This document shows, in pieces, positions 27,215-37,161 of a stretch of DNA of 64,000 nt. Made by a program: the position numbers and the translations under genes. This DNA is from Escherichia phage GEP001. The stretch lies in sequence record PV173775, one strand, 5' to 3'. Each line of letters starts with the position of its first letter. Within the stretch, counting starts at the first letter, position 1. Under the pieces are notes generated by a model. It did no database searches. It had not been told where the DNA came from and was given only the letters and a program-made list of their open reading frames with translations.

Positions 27215-27474
27215 CTTTTGATGAATTTAAAAATGTTATGATGAGTCAGCATTTTGAATGCGAAGTAAAAGATGATATTGGGCATAAAGAAATTATTGAA
27301 TACTGGTTTGAACCACTAGAGGTTGAAGATAATTGTATTAAAAAGGTCACGGTCTGCACTGACTGGGCTGTATCTTTTAACTTCAACATTTTAGATAATG
27401 ACACACCTAAATCATTACAAGATATGGCTGTATCTTGTATTAAGGATGCATACTGTGAAGTTTTCGACATTTGA
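27211..27474 (+). CDS. hypothetical protein (87 aa)
   Basis: ATGA overlap with gene 47. Confidence 0.5.
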   Translation: MTFDEFKNVMMSQHFECEVKDDIGHKEIIEYWFEPLEVEDNCIKKVTVCTDWAVSFNFNILDNDTPKSLQDMAVSCIKDAYCEVFDI

Positions 27475-27661
27475 CATTAATGATGAATTCATAGCAAATA
27501 TTGATTACACCGAAGAAGATTCTAGATATGTTGGAATAATTTATATCACATCAAAAGCAGCACAAGGTGTTGTTTGCATGGCTGAATTTGATGAATACTT
27601 TTTAGATTATGATGATATGATAGAATGGTCTAAAAGATACATTAAAAGGAATCTTTTGTGA
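27455..27661 (+). CDS. hypothetical protein (about 68 aa)
   Basis: GTG 27455 with AAGGA SD (alternative ATG 27446); overlaps gene 46 start. Confidence 0.4.
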   Translation: MKFSTFDINDEFIANIDYTEEDSRYVGIIYITSKAAQGVVCMAEFDEYFLDYDDMIEWSKRYIKRNLL

Positions 27662-29340
27662 AGAATTTTAAACTAAACCGAGTTAGGTATCAAAATATAA
27701 TGTCAGTAGGTGGAAATCCTATTGACATTCAACTAGATAAGGTTCAAAAAACTCTTATTACTGGACGAAATGGCGGTGGTAAGTCTACTATGTTAGAAGC
27801 CATCACATTTGGGCTTTTTGGCAAGCCATTTCGTGATGTAAAGAAAGGTCAATTAATAAACAGCACAAATAAGAAAGAGCTTTTAGTTGAACTGTGGATG
27901 GAATATGATGAGAAAAAGTACTATATCAAAAGAGGACAAAAACCAAACGTTTTCGAAATCACCGTTAACGGTACACGTCTTAATGAATCTGCCAGCAGTA
28001 AAGATTTCCAAGCAGAATTTGAACAGCTTATCGGAATGTCATATGCCAGTTTCAAGCAGATTGTTGTCCTTGGTACAGCAGGGTATACCCCTTTCATGGG
28101 TTTGTCGACCCCTGCGCGAAGAAAGCTTGTGGAAGACCTGCTCGAGGTAGGAACATTAGCTGAAATGGATAAGCTTAATAAAGCACTAATACGTGAATTA
28201 AATTCACAAAACCAAGTGCTTGATGTTAAAAAAGATAGTATTATCCAACAAATTAAAATATATAATGATAACGTTGAACGCCAGAAAAAATTAACTGGTG
28301 ATAACCTTACTCGTCTGCAGAATATGTATGATGATTTGGCAAAAGAAGCTAGAACGCTAAAATCGGAAATAGAAGAAGCTAATGAAAGATTAGTTAATAT
28401 TGTTTTAGATGAAGACCCGACTGATGCATTTAATAAAATCGGTCAAGAAGCATTTTTAATTAAATCAAAAATTGACTCGTATAATAAAGTCATTAATATG
28501 TATCACGAAGGTGGATTATGTCCAACCTGTTTGTCACAATTAAGTTCCGGTGATAAAGTTGTTTCTAAAATTAAAGATAAAGTTTCTGAATGCACACATT
28601 CGTTTGAACAGCTTTCAACACATCGTGATAATTTAAAAGTTCTTGTTGATGAATACCGAGATAATATTAAAACCCAGCAGACGTTGGCAAATGATATTCG
28701 CAATAAAAAGCAATCCTTAATCACGACGGTAGATAAAGCTAAAAAGGTTAAAGCGGCTATAGAAAAAGCATCATCCGAGTTTATTGACCATGCTGATGAA
28801 ATAGCACTGCTTCAAGAAGAACTTGATAAAATTGTTAAGACAAAAACTAATTTAGTAATGGAAAAATACCATAGAGGAATTTTGACTGATATGCTCAAAG
28901 ATTCTGGTATTAAAGGTGCTATTATTAAAAAGTACATTCCATTATTTAATAAGCAGATTAACCATTATCTTAAAATAATGGAAGCGGATTATGTGTTTAC
29001 ATTAGATGAAGAATTTAATGAGACAATTAAATCCCGTGGTCGTGAAGATTTTAGTTATGCTTCATTTAGTGAAGGTGAAAAAGCACGAATCGATATTGCT
29101 CTTTTATTTACTTGGCGTGATATTGCTTCTATCGTATCTGGTGTTAGTATTAGTACATTAATTCTTGATGAAGTGTTTGATGGGTCATTTGATGCCGAAG
29201 GTATTAAAGGTGTAGCGAATATTATAAATTCAATGAAAAATACTAATGTTTTTATAATTTCGCATAAAGACCATGACCCGCAAGAATATGGTCAGCATCT
29301 TCAAATGAAGAAAGTTGGTCGATTTACTGTAATGGTTTAA
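27658..29340 (+). CDS. 46: recombination endonuclease subunit gp46 (Rad50/SbcC-like ATPase)
   Basis: 560 aa; Walker A GRNGGGKST, zinc-hook CPTC, ABC signature SFSEGEKAR, Walker B LILDEVFD; GTG start with AAAGGAA SD. Confidence 0.9.
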   Translation: MKNFKLNRVRYQNIMSVGGNPIDIQLDKVQKTLITGRNGGGKSTMLEAITFGLFGKPFRDVKKGQLINSTNKKELLVELWMEYDEKKYYIKRGQKPNVFEITVNGTRLNESASSKDFQAEFEQLIGMSYASFKQIVVLGTAGYTPFMGLSTPARRKLVEDLLEVGTLAEMDKLNKALIRELNSQNQVLDVKKDSIIQQIKIYNDNVERQKKLTGDNLTRLQNMYDDLAKEARTLKSEIEEANERLVNIVLDEDPTDAFNKIGQEAFLIKSKIDSYNKVINMYHEGGLCPTCLSQLSSGDKVVSKIKDKVSECTHSFEQLSTHRDNLKVLVDEYRDNIKTQQTLANDIRNKKQSLITTVDKAKKVKAAIEKASSEFIDHADEIALLQEELDKIVKTKTNLVMEKYHRGILTDMLKDSGIKGAIIKKYIPLFNKQINHYLKIMEADYVFTLDEEFNETIKSRGREDFSYASFSEGEKARIDIALLFTWRDIASIVSGVSISTLILDEVFDGSFDAEGIKGVANIINSMKNTNVFIISHKDHDPQEYGQHLQMKKVGRFTVMV

Positions 29341-29351
29341 TTTATAAGAGA

Positions 29352-29378
29352 TTATGCTTTAATTTATTAGAGTATAAT
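29352..29378 (+). promoter_or_regulatory. candidate middle promoter upstream of 45.2-like ORF and rpbA
   Basis: TGCTTTA 29355-29361, 11 nt, TATAAT 29373-29378; flanked by inverted repeat AGAGATTAT/ATAATCTCT. Confidence 0.5.
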
Positions 29379-29395
29379 CTCTATGGAGGAAAAAC

Positions 29396-29584
29396 ATGGA
29401 ATATTCAACTGGACAGCATCTATTAACTATTCCTGAAATAAAACGATATATTCTGAGAAATAATTTTTCTAATGAAGAGCATATAGTTACTGAATCTATG
29501 CTTAAGAATGCATTTAAAGCAGAATATACGAAAATAATGTCCAACAGAAATGAAGCTTGGACTGTTACTGATTATTATGACTAA
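29396..29584 (+). CDS. hypothetical protein (62 aa), position of T4 45.2
   Basis: GGAGG SD; MotA-box promoter upstream. Confidence 0.5.
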   Translation: MEYSTGQHLLTIPEIKRYILRNNFSNEEHIVTESMLKNAFKAEYTKIMSNRNEAWTVTDYYD

Positions 29585-29593
29585 AGGTGTATT

Positions 29594-29983
29594 ATGACTA
29601 AAATTACTGTGAATTATACTGTTGATGTAAAAGATATCCAGCCAAAACACGTGCGTTCTGAATCAAATCCGCAAAACCAAAATAAAATTCGTCGAGCATG
29701 GGTTTTGTCTCTTTCTGATAACGCAATGGAAGTTATTCAGAACAAAATTAAATCTGCACCTGCTCGTCATGCATATTATGAAGCTATCGATCGTGAAGTG
29801 AGTGATAAATGGATTGAACTGATGCGCAAACATACGACAGAATCTCTAAATGCTGGTGCTAAATTTATTATGACTTCATGTGGTGAACGCCTTGAAGATG
29901 ATTATTGCGGTAATGCAGATGAACGTCTAATTGTTGCTGCTCAAATTGTTGCTGAAACAATTGCTGCTGATTTTAATCGTTAA
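29594..29983 (+). CDS. rpbA: RNA polymerase binding protein RpbA
   Basis: 129 aa between 46 and 45 as in T4; sequence consistent with T4 RpbA as recalled. Confidence 0.75.
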   Translation: MTKITVNYTVDVKDIQPKHVRSESNPQNQNKIRRAWVLSLSDNAMEVIQNKIKSAPARHAYYEAIDREVSDKWIELMRKHTTESLNAGAKFIMTSCGERLEDDYCGNADERLIVAAQIVAETIAADFNR

Positions 29984-30009
29984 TTGCTTTATTAAATTAG
30001 TTATAAAAT
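29982..30009 (+). promoter_or_regulatory. candidate middle/late promoter upstream of gene 45
   Basis: TGCTTTA 29985-29991, about 11 nt, TATAAAAT resembling late TATAAATA. Confidence 0.5.
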
Positions 30010-30038
30010 TAAATCTCATTTGAATTGAAGGAAATTAC

Positions 30039-30725
30039 ATGAAACTGTCTAAAGATACTACTGCTCTGCTTAAAAATTTCGCTACTATTAACTCTGGTAT
30101 TATGCTTAAATCCGGTCAATTTATTATGACTCGCGCGGTTAATGGTACAACTTATGCGGAAGCAAATATTTCTGACACTATTGATTTTGATGTAGCAATT
30201 TACGATTTGAACGGTTTTCTCGGTATTCTGTCTCTAGTTAATGATGATGCAGAAATTTCCCAGTCAGAAGATGGTAATATTAAAATTGCTGATGCTCGTT
30301 CAACAATTTTTTGGCCAGCAGCCGATCCGAGTACAGTAGTTGCTCCTAATAAACCAATTCCATTCCCGGTAGCATCTGTTGTTACTGAAATTAAAGCTGA
30401 AGACCTTCAACAACTGCTGCGTGTATCTCGTGGTCTGCAGATTGATACAATCGCTATCACAGTAAAAGAAGGTAAAATCGTAATTAACGGTTTTAATAAA
30501 GTAGAAGATTCTGCTTTGACCCGTGTTAAATATTCTTTGACTCTTGGTGATTATGATGGTGAAAATACATTTAATTTCATTATCAATATGGCAAATATGA
30601 AAATGCAACCAGGAAATTATAAACTTCTGCTCTGGGCAAAAGGTAAACAAGGCGCTGCTAAATTTGAAGGTGAACATGCGAATTATGTAGTAGCTCTTGA
30701 AGCTGATTCTACCCACGATTTTTAA
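30039..30725 (+). CDS. 45: sliding clamp gp45
   Basis: 228 aa; sequence matches T4 gp45; GAAGGAAA SD; middle/late-type promoter upstream. Confidence 0.95.
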   Translation: MKLSKDTTALLKNFATINSGIMLKSGQFIMTRAVNGTTYAEANISDTIDFDVAIYDLNGFLGILSLVNDDAEISQSEDGNIKIADARSTIFWPAADPSTVVAPNKPIPFPVASVVTEIKAEDLQQLLRVSRGLQIDTIAITVKEGKIVINGFNKVEDSALTRVKYSLTLGDYDGENTFNFIINMANMKMQPGNYKLLLWAKGKQGAAKFEGEHANYVVALEADSTHDF

Positions 30726-30728
30726 TAG

Positions 30729-30742
30729 AGGGCTTCGGCCCT
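30729..30742 (+). terminator. UUCG hairpin after gene 45
   Basis: AGGGC TTCG GCCCT. Confidence 0.5.
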
Positions 30743-30776
30743 TTATAATTTACACTAAAACTTGAATGAGGAAATT

Positions 30777-31736
30777 ATGATTACTGTAAATGAAAAAGAA
30801 CACATTCTTGAACAGAAATATCGTCCATCTACTATCGATGAATGTATTCTTCCCGCCTTTGATAAAGAAACCTTTAAATCTATTACAAGTAAAGGTAAGA
30901 TTCCACATATTATTCTTCATTCTCCTTCTCCAGGAACAGGTAAAACAACCGTAGCAAAAGCATTGTGTCATGACGTAAATGCTGATATGATGTTTGTGAA
31001 TGGGTCAGATTGTAAAATTGATTTCGTTCGTGGTCCTTTGACTAATTTCGCCAGCGCAGCTTCATTTGATGGTCGTCAAAAAGTAATCGTTATTGATGAA
31101 TTTGACCGCTCAGGGCTAGCAGAGTCTCAGCGACATCTTCGTTCCTTTATGGAAGCTTATAGTTCAAACTGTAGTATTATTATTACTGCTAACAATATTG
31201 ATGGTATTATTAAACCGCTTCAGTCACGCTGCCGAGTTATTACGTTCGGTCAACCGACCGATGAAGATAAAATTGAAATGATGAAGCAGATGATTCGTCG
31301 ATTGACTGAAATCTGTAAGCATGAAGGAATTGCTATAGCTGATATGAAAGTTGTAGCAGCTTTGGTTAAAAAGAATTTTCCTGATTTTCGTAAAACTATT
31401 GGTGAGCTCGATAGCTATTCATCTAAAGGTGTTTTGGATGCTGGTATTTTATCACTGGTTACTAACGATCGTGGTGCTATTGATGATGTTCTTGAATCTC
31501 TCAAAAATAAAGATGTTAAACAACTCAGAGCTTTAGCACCAAAATATGCGGCTGATTATTCGTGGTTCGTAGGTAAACTTGCCGAAGAAATCTATACACG
31601 CGTAACTCCGCAAAGTATTATTCGTATGTATGAAATTGTTGGTGAAAATAACCAGTATCATGGAATTGCGGCTAATACTGAGTTACATTTAGCATATCTT
31701 TTCATTCAATTGGCATGCGAAATGCAGTGGAAGTGA
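30777..31736 (+). CDS. 44: clamp loader large subunit gp44
   Basis: 319 aa from ATG 30777 (GAGGAAA SD); Walker [11 protein letters not shown]; SRC motif. Confidence 0.95.
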   Translation: MITVNEKEHILEQKYRPSTIDECILPAFDKETFKSITSKGKIPHIILHSPSPGTGKTTVAKALCHDVNADMMFVNGSDCKIDFVRGPLTNFASAASFDGRQKVIVIDEFDRSGLAESQRHLRSFMEAYSSNCSIIITANNIDGIIKPLQSRCRVITFGQPTDEDKIEMMKQMIRRLTEICKHEGIAIADMKVVAALVKKNFPDFRKTIGELDSYSSKGVLDAGILSLVTNDRGAIDDVLESLKNKDVKQLRALAPKYAADYSWFVGKLAEEIYTRVTPQSIIRMYEIVGENNQYHGIAANTELHLAYLFIQLACEMQWK

Positions 31737-31737
31737 T

Positions 31738-32301
31738 ATGAGCTTATTTGAAGATGATATTCAATTAAACGAGCATCAAGTTGCTTGGTATTCAAAAGAT
31801 TGGACAGCTGTCCAATCTGCTGCTGATTCTTTTAAAGAAAAAGCTGAAAATGAGTTTTTTGAAATAATTGGAGCTATTAATAATAAAACTAAATGCTCTA
31901 TTGCTCAAAAAGATTATTCAAAATACATGGTTGAGAATGCATTATCACAATTTCCTGAATGCATGCCAGCTGTATATGCTATGAATTTAATTGGATCAGG
32001 TTTAAGCGATGAAGCCCATTTTAATTATCTGATGGCTGCTGTTCCTCAGGGTAAAAGATATGGTAAATGGGCAAAACTGGTTGAAGATTCTACCGAAGTA
32101 TTGATTATTAAGTTACTTGCTAAGCGGTATCAAGTTAATACAAATGATGCAATTAACTATAAATCAATTCTTACTAAAAATGGAAAACTTCCTTTAGTAT
32201 TAAAAGAACTAAAAGGTTTAGTCACGGATGATTTTTTGAAAGAAGTGACTAAGAACGTAAAAGAACAGAAACAACTCAAAAAACTAGCATTGGAATGGTA
32301 A
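31738..32301 (+). CDS. 62: clamp loader small subunit gp62
   Basis: 187 aa; coupled to gene 44; matches T4 gp62. Confidence 0.9.
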   Translation: MSLFEDDIQLNEHQVAWYSKDWTAVQSAADSFKEKAENEFFEIIGAINNKTKCSIAQKDYSKYMVENALSQFPECMPAVYAMNLIGSGLSDEAHFNYLMAAVPQGKRYGKWAKLVEDSTEVLIIKLLAKRYQVNTNDAINYKSILTKNGKLPLVLKELKGLVTDDFLKEVTKNVKEQKQLKKLALEW

Positions 32302-32302
32302 A

Positions 32303-32671
32303 ATGATTGAAATTACTCTTAAAAAACCTGAAGATTTTCTGAAAGTTAAAGAAACCTTGACTCGCATGGGAATTGCTAATAATAAAGATAAAGTTCTGTA
32401 TCAATCCTGTCATATTCTCCAGAAAAAAGGACTATACTATATCGTCCATTTTAAAGAAATGCTTCGTATGGATGGCCGTCAGGTTGAAATGACAGAAGAA
32501 GATGAAGTTCGTCGTGATTCGATTGCATGGCTGTTAGAAGATTGGGGACTGATTGAAATCGCTCCAGGTCAAAGAACTTTTATGAAAGATTTAACTAATA
32601 ACTTCCGAGTTATTTCTTTTAAGCAAAAACATGAATGGAAACTCGTTCCTAAATATACGATTGGAAATTAA
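32303..32671 (+). CDS. regA: translational repressor RegA
   Basis: 122 aa; matches T4 RegA; coupled to gene 62. Confidence 0.9.
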   Translation: MIEITLKKPEDFLKVKETLTRMGIANNKDKVLYQSCHILQKKGLYYIVHFKEMLRMDGRQVEMTEEDEVRRDSIAWLLEDWGLIEIAPGQRTFMKDLTNNFRVISFKQKHEWKLVPKYTIGN

Positions 32672-32673
32672 GC

Positions 32674-32691
32674 AAGGGGCTTCGGCCCCTT
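32674..32691 (+). terminator. UUCG hairpin after regA
   Basis: AAGGGGC TTCG GCCCCTT. Confidence 0.5.
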
Positions 32692-32712
32692 ATTTGGAGT
32701 ATAATATATCAA

Positions 32713-32749
32713 GAGCCTAATAACTCGGGCTATAAACTAAGGAATATCT
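32713..32749 (+). promoter_or_regulatory. candidate gene 43 translational operator
   Basis: short hairpin (AGCC...GGCT) then AU-rich tract overlapping the AAGGAA SD; T4 gp43 autorepresses translation at such a site. Confidence 0.5.
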
Positions 32750-35446
32750 ATGAAAGAATTTTATATCTCTATCGAAACAGTCGGAAATAATATTGTTGAA
32801 CGTTATATTGATGAAAATGGAAAGGAACGTACTCGTGAAGTAGAATATCTTCCGACTATGTTTAGGCATTGTAAGGAAGAGTCAAAATACAAAGACATTT
32901 ATGGTAAAAATTGCGCTCCTCAAAAATTTCCATCAATGAAAGATGCACGAGACTGGATGAAACGAATGGAAGATATCGGTCTCGAAGCTCTCGGTATGAA
33001 CGATTTTAAACTCGCTTATATCAGTGATACATATGGTTCAGAAATTGTTTATGACCGAAAATTTGTTCGTGTAGCTAACTGTGACATTGAGGTTACTGGT
33101 GATAAATTTCCTGACCCAATGAAAGCAGAATATGAAATTGATGCTATCACTCATTATGATTCAATTGACGACCGTTTTTACGTCTTTGATTTGTTGAATT
33201 CAATGTACGGTTCAGTATCAAAATGGGATGCAAAGTTAGCTGCTAAGCTTGACTGTGAAGGTGGTGATGAAGTTCCTCAGGAAATTCTTGACCGAGTAAT
33301 TTATATGCCATTCGATAATGAGCGTGATATGCTCATGGAATATATTAATCTCTGGGAACAGAAACGACCTGCTATTTTTACCGGTTGGAATATTGAGGGA
33401 TTTGACGTTCCGTATATCATGAATCGCGTTAAAATGGTTCTCGGTGAACGTAGTATGAAACGCTTCTCTCCAATCGGTCGAGTAAAATCTAAACTAATTC
33501 AAAATATGTACGGTAGCAAAGAAATTTATTCTATTGATGGCGTATCTATTCTTGATTATTTAGATTTGTACAAGAAATTCGCATTTACTAATTTGCCATC
33601 ATTCTCTTTGGAATCAGTTGCTCAACATGAAACCAAAAAAGGTAAATTGCCGTACGATGGTCCTATTAATAAACTTCGTGAGACTAATCATCAACGATAC
33701 ATTAGTTATAACATTATTGACGTAGAATCAGTTCAAGCAATTGATAAAATTCGTGGGTTTATCGATCTAGTTTTAAGTATGTCTTATTATGCTAAAATGC
33801 CTTTTTCTGGCGTAATGAGTCCTATTAAAACTTGGGATGCTATTATTTTTAACTCATTGAAAGGTGAACATAAGGTTATTCCTCAACAAGGTTCGCACGT
33901 TAAACAAAGTTTTCCAGGTGCATTTGTGTTTGAACCTAAAGCGATTGCCCGTCGATACATTATGAGTTTTGACTTGACGTCTTTGTATCCTAGCATTATT
34001 CGTCAGGTTAACATTAGTCCTGAGACTATTCGTGGACAGTTTAAAGTTCATCCAATTCATGAATATATCGCAGGAACAGCTCCTAAACCAAGTGATGAGT
34101 ATTCATGTTCTCCGAATGGATGGATGTATGATAAGCATCAAGAAGGTATCATTCCAAAGGAAATCGCTAAAGTATTTTTCCAACGTAAAGATTGGAAAAA
34201 GAAAATGTTCGCTGAAGAAATGAATGCCGAAGCTATTAAAAAGATTATTATGAAAGGTGCAGGGTCTTGTTCAACTAAACCGGAAGTTGAACGATATGTT
34301 AAGTTCAATGATGATTTCTTAAATGAATTATCGAATTACACCGAATCTGTTCTTAATAGTCTGATCGAAGAATGTGAAAAAGCAGCTACACTTGCTAACA
34401 CAAATCAGCTGAACCGTAAAATTCTTATTAACAGTCTTTATGGTGCTCTTGGCAATATTCATTTCCGTTACTATGATTTGCGAAATGCTACTGCTATCAC
34501 AATTTTTGGTCAAGTTGGTATTCAGTGGATTGCTCGTAAAATTAATGAATACCTGAATAAAGTATGTGGAACTGATGGTGAAGATTTCATTGCAGCAGGT
34601 GATACTGATTCGGTATATGTCTGTGTAGATAAAGTTATTGAAAAAGTAGGTCTTGACCGCTTTAAAGAACAAAATGATTTAGTTGAATTCATGAATCAGT
34701 TTGGTAAGAAAAAGATGGAACCTATGATTGATGTTGCATATCGTGAGTTATGTGATTATATGAATAACCGCGAGCATCTGATGCATATGGACCGTGAAGC
34801 TATTTCTTGCCCTCCACTTGGTTCAAAGGGTGTTGGTGGATTTTGGAAAGCGAAAAAACGTTATGCTCTAAACGTTTATGATATGGAAGATAAGCGATTT
34901 GCCGAACCGCATCTAAAAATCATGGGTATGGAAACTCAACAAAGTTCAACACCAAAAGCAGTACAAGAAGCTCTCGAAGAAAGTATTCGTCGTATTCTTC
35001 AGGAAGGCGAAGAGTCTGTCCAAGAATACTACAAGAACTTTGAGAAAGAATATCGTCAACTTGACTATAAAGTTATTGCTGAAGTAAAAACTGCGAATGA
35101 TATAGCGAAATATGATGATAAAGGTTGGCCAGGATTTAAATGCCCGTTCCACATTCGCGGTGTGCTAACTTATCGTCGAGCTGTTAGTGGTTTAGGTGTA
35201 GCTCCAATTTTGGATGGAAATAAGGTAATGGTTCTTCCATTACGTGAGGGAAATCCATTTGGTGATAAGTGCATTGCTTGGCCGTCGGGTACGGAACTTC
35301 CAAAAGAAATTCGTTCTGATGTACTGTCTTGGATTGACTACTCAACTTTGTTCCAAAAATCGTTTGTTAAACCGCTTGCGGGTATGTGTGAATCGGCAGG
35401 TATGGACTATGAGGAAAAAGCTTCGTTAGACTTCCTGTTTGGCTGA
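32750..35446 (+). CDS. 43: DNA polymerase gp43 (family B)
   Basis: 898 aa; exonuclease and polymerase motifs (DxE, YGDTDS); matches T4 gp43. Confidence 0.95.
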   Translation: MKEFYISIETVGNNIVERYIDENGKERTREVEYLPTMFRHCKEESKYKDIYGKNCAPQKFPSMKDARDWMKRMEDIGLEALGMNDFKLAYISDTYGSEIVYDRKFVRVANCDIEVTGDKFPDPMKAEYEIDAITHYDSIDDRFYVFDLLNSMYGSVSKWDAKLAAKLDCEGGDEVPQEILDRVIYMPFDNERDMLMEYINLWEQKRPAIFTGWNIEGFDVPYIMNRVKMVLGERSMKRFSPIGRVKSKLIQNMYGSKEIYSIDGVSILDYLDLYKKFAFTNLPSFSLESVAQHETKKGKLPYDGPINKLRETNHQRYISYNIIDVESVQAIDKIRGFIDLVLSMSYYAKMPFSGVMSPIKTWDAIIFNSLKGEHKVIPQQGSHVKQSFPGAFVFEPKAIARRYIMSFDLTSLYPSIIRQVNISPETIRGQFKVHPIHEYIAGTAPKPSDEYSCSPNGWMYDKHQEGIIPKEIAKVFFQRKDWKKKMFAEEMNAEAIKKIIMKGAGSCSTKPEVERYVKFNDDFLNELSNYTESVLNSLIEECEKAATLANTNQLNRKILINSLYGALGNIHFRYYDLRNATAITIFGQVGIQWIARKINEYLNKVCGTDGEDFIAAGDTDSVYVCVDKVIEKVGLDRFKEQNDLVEFMNQFGKKKMEPMIDVAYRELCDYMNNREHLMHMDREAISCPPLGSKGVGGFWKAKKRYALNVYDMEDKRFAEPHLKIMGMETQQSSTPKAVQEALEESIRRILQEGEESVQEYYKNFEKEYRQLDYKVIAEVKTANDIAKYDDKGWPGFKCPFHIRGVLTYRRAVSGLGVAPILDGNKVMVLPLREGNPFGDKCIAWPSGTELPKEIRSDVLSWIDYSTLFQKSFVKPLAGMCESAGMDYEEKASLDFLFG

Positions 35447-35459
35447 TAGAATAAATCTA

Positions 35460-35480
35460 GGGACCTCCGGGTCCCTTTTT
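35460..35480 (+). terminator. intrinsic terminator after gene 43
   Basis: GGGACC TCCG GGTCCC followed by TTTTT. Confidence 0.8.
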
Positions 35481-35563
35481 CATACAAGTAATATAAATCT
35501 ATACTTAGGAAAAATAGATGATTCTGGACCTCTGGAATTCATTAAAAAATTTTTCACAAAATG

Positions 35564-35593
35564 GTTTACAAGACTGTTCCTCTGTGGTACTAT
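35564..35593 (+). promoter_or_regulatory. T4-type early promoter (repeat family copy)
   Basis: GTTTACAAGACTGTTCCTCTGTGGTACTAT; follows gene 43 terminator. Confidence 0.55.
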
Positions 35594-35627
35594 ACAACTA
35601 TCAACTGATGCGGATTTGGAGAATGAA

Positions 35628-36008
35628 ATGAAAATCGCTATTTTGGTTATTGCATTGGGTCTTACTGGTTGTGTAGCTCAAGGACCAGTAGTAAATCAGT
35701 CTGATGTAGGAAAAATTGTAAACTGCTCAAGCAAATTTTATAATCCTAATGTTAAGTGTTATAAAGAAGCTCCAAAACAGACAGTAGAACAAATGCAGGC
35801 GAATTTTGACGAAGCTATTCGTCCAGATGAATCTGCCCAAGCATATCGTAATTCAGATGTAATTACACGCGAAGAAAAAATTGAAAGCTACTGCGCTGAA
35901 CTTTGGGCTAATTGGGCTAATAATTACCAATGGCGTACTGGTAAAAATGCTCCGATGGAGTATGTAGTGAATTCTTATAATTCATGTGTAAAAAATTTGA
36001 CTAAGTGA
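35628..36008 (+). CDS. lipoprotein (126 aa)
   Basis: signal peptide with lipobox LTGC; GGAGAATGAA SD; track ORF N-terminus reads through terminator/promoter. Confidence 0.6.
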   Translation: MKIAILVIALGLTGCVAQGPVVNQSDVGKIVNCSSKFYNPNVKCYKEAPKQTVEQMQANFDEAIRPDESAQAYRNSDVITREEKIESYCAELWANWANNYQWRTGKNAPMEYVVNSYNSCVKNLTK

Positions 36009-36015
36009 GGAAAAC

Positions 36016-36267
36016 ATGGAAACTTTAGTAGCAGGTTCAATTTTTATGGTTTTAGTTTCAGGCGTGTTGGCTATTATTATATACATGCTTCCATGGTTCA
36101 TCGCCTTGATGCGTGGGTCAAAATCGACAGTAGGAATCTTTTTCACATCTTTACTGTTTAACTGGTCAATTATTGGTTGGTTTATTACATTTATTTGGTC
36201 AATTGCGGGTGAAACTAAAAAATCTGCACAGCAAAACCAAGTAATTATCATCAGAGAGAAGGAATGA
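36016..36267 (+). CDS. imm: superinfection immunity membrane protein Imm
   Basis: 83 aa, two transmembrane helices; matches T4 Imm in size and position next to 43/42. Confidence 0.75.
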   Translation: METLVAGSIFMVLVSGVLAIIIYMLPWFIALMRGSKSTVGIFFTSLLFNWSIIGWFITFIWSIAGETKKSAQQNQVIIIREKE

Positions 36268-36413
36268 AAAGCAAAATTATAGCAGTGTTGCTTTTAATCT
36301 TGATGATTATAATAAGTATATACTATAGTGTAACGGTTCCTCTTATGATTCCAACGCTTATTATAGGGTGGAGTTTATTACTGTTACAAGTTAAATATGA
36401 ATGTATCAATTGA
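36264..36413 (+). CDS. small hydrophobic membrane peptide (49 aa)
   Basis: ATGA overlap with imm; two hydrophobic segments; ends 8 nt before gene 42. Confidence 0.4.
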   Translation: MKSKIIAVLLLILMIIISIYYSVTVPLMIPTLIIGWSLLLLQVKYECIN

Positions 36414-36420
36414 GGTTTAA

Positions 36421-37161
36421 ATGATTAATGACTCTATGACAGTTGAAGAAATCCGTCTTCATTTGGGAATTGCATTAAAGGAAAAAGATTTCGTAATTGA
36501 TAAAACCGGTGTTAAAACTATTGAAATTATTGGTGCATCATTTGTAGCAGATGAACCTTTTATTTTTGGCGCTCTTAATGATGAATACATTCAGCGTGAA
36601 CTTGAATGGTATAAGTCTCAAAGTTTGTTTGTTAAAGATATTCCAGGTGAAACGCCGAAGATTTGGCAGCAGGTAGCATCTTCTAAAGGCGAAATTAACT
36701 CGAATTATGGTTGGGCCATCTGGTCAGAAGATAACTATGCCCAGTATGATATGTGTTTAGCTGAACTTGGTCAAAATCCTGATTCTCGCCGCGGTATCAT
36801 GATTTATACTCGTCCATCCATGCAGTTTGACTACAATAAAGATGGCATGTCAGATTTCATGTGTACGAATACAGTGCAGTACCTGATTCGTGATAAGAAA
36901 GTCAATGCAGTGGTTAACATGCGTTCAAATGACGTGGTCTTCGGATTCCGTAATGATTATGCATGGCAAAAATACGTACTAGATAAATTAGTATCTGATT
37001 TGAATGCAGGTGATTCAACTCGTCAGTATAAAGCAGGTTCCATTATATGGAATGTCGGGAGCCTTCATGTGTATTCCCGTCATTTTTATTTGGTTGACCA
37101 TTGGTGGAAAACTGGCGAAACTCATATTGCGAAAAAAGATTATAACGGTGAGTGGAAATGA
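36421..37161 (+). CDS. 42: dCMP hydroxymethylase gp42
   Basis: 246 aa; thymidylate-synthase-like fold motifs; matches T4 gp42. Confidence 0.9.
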   Translation: MINDSMTVEEIRLHLGIALKEKDFVIDKTGVKTIEIIGASFVADEPFIFGALNDEYIQRELEWYKSQSLFVKDIPGETPKIWQQVASSKGEINSNYGWAIWSEDNYAQYDMCLAELGQNPDSRRGIMIYTRPSMQFDYNKDGMSDFMCTNTVQYLIRDKKVNAVVNMRSNDVVFGFRNDYAWQKYVLDKLVSDLNAGDSTRQYKAGSIIWNVGSLHVYSRHFYLVDHWWKTGETHIAKKDYNGEWK

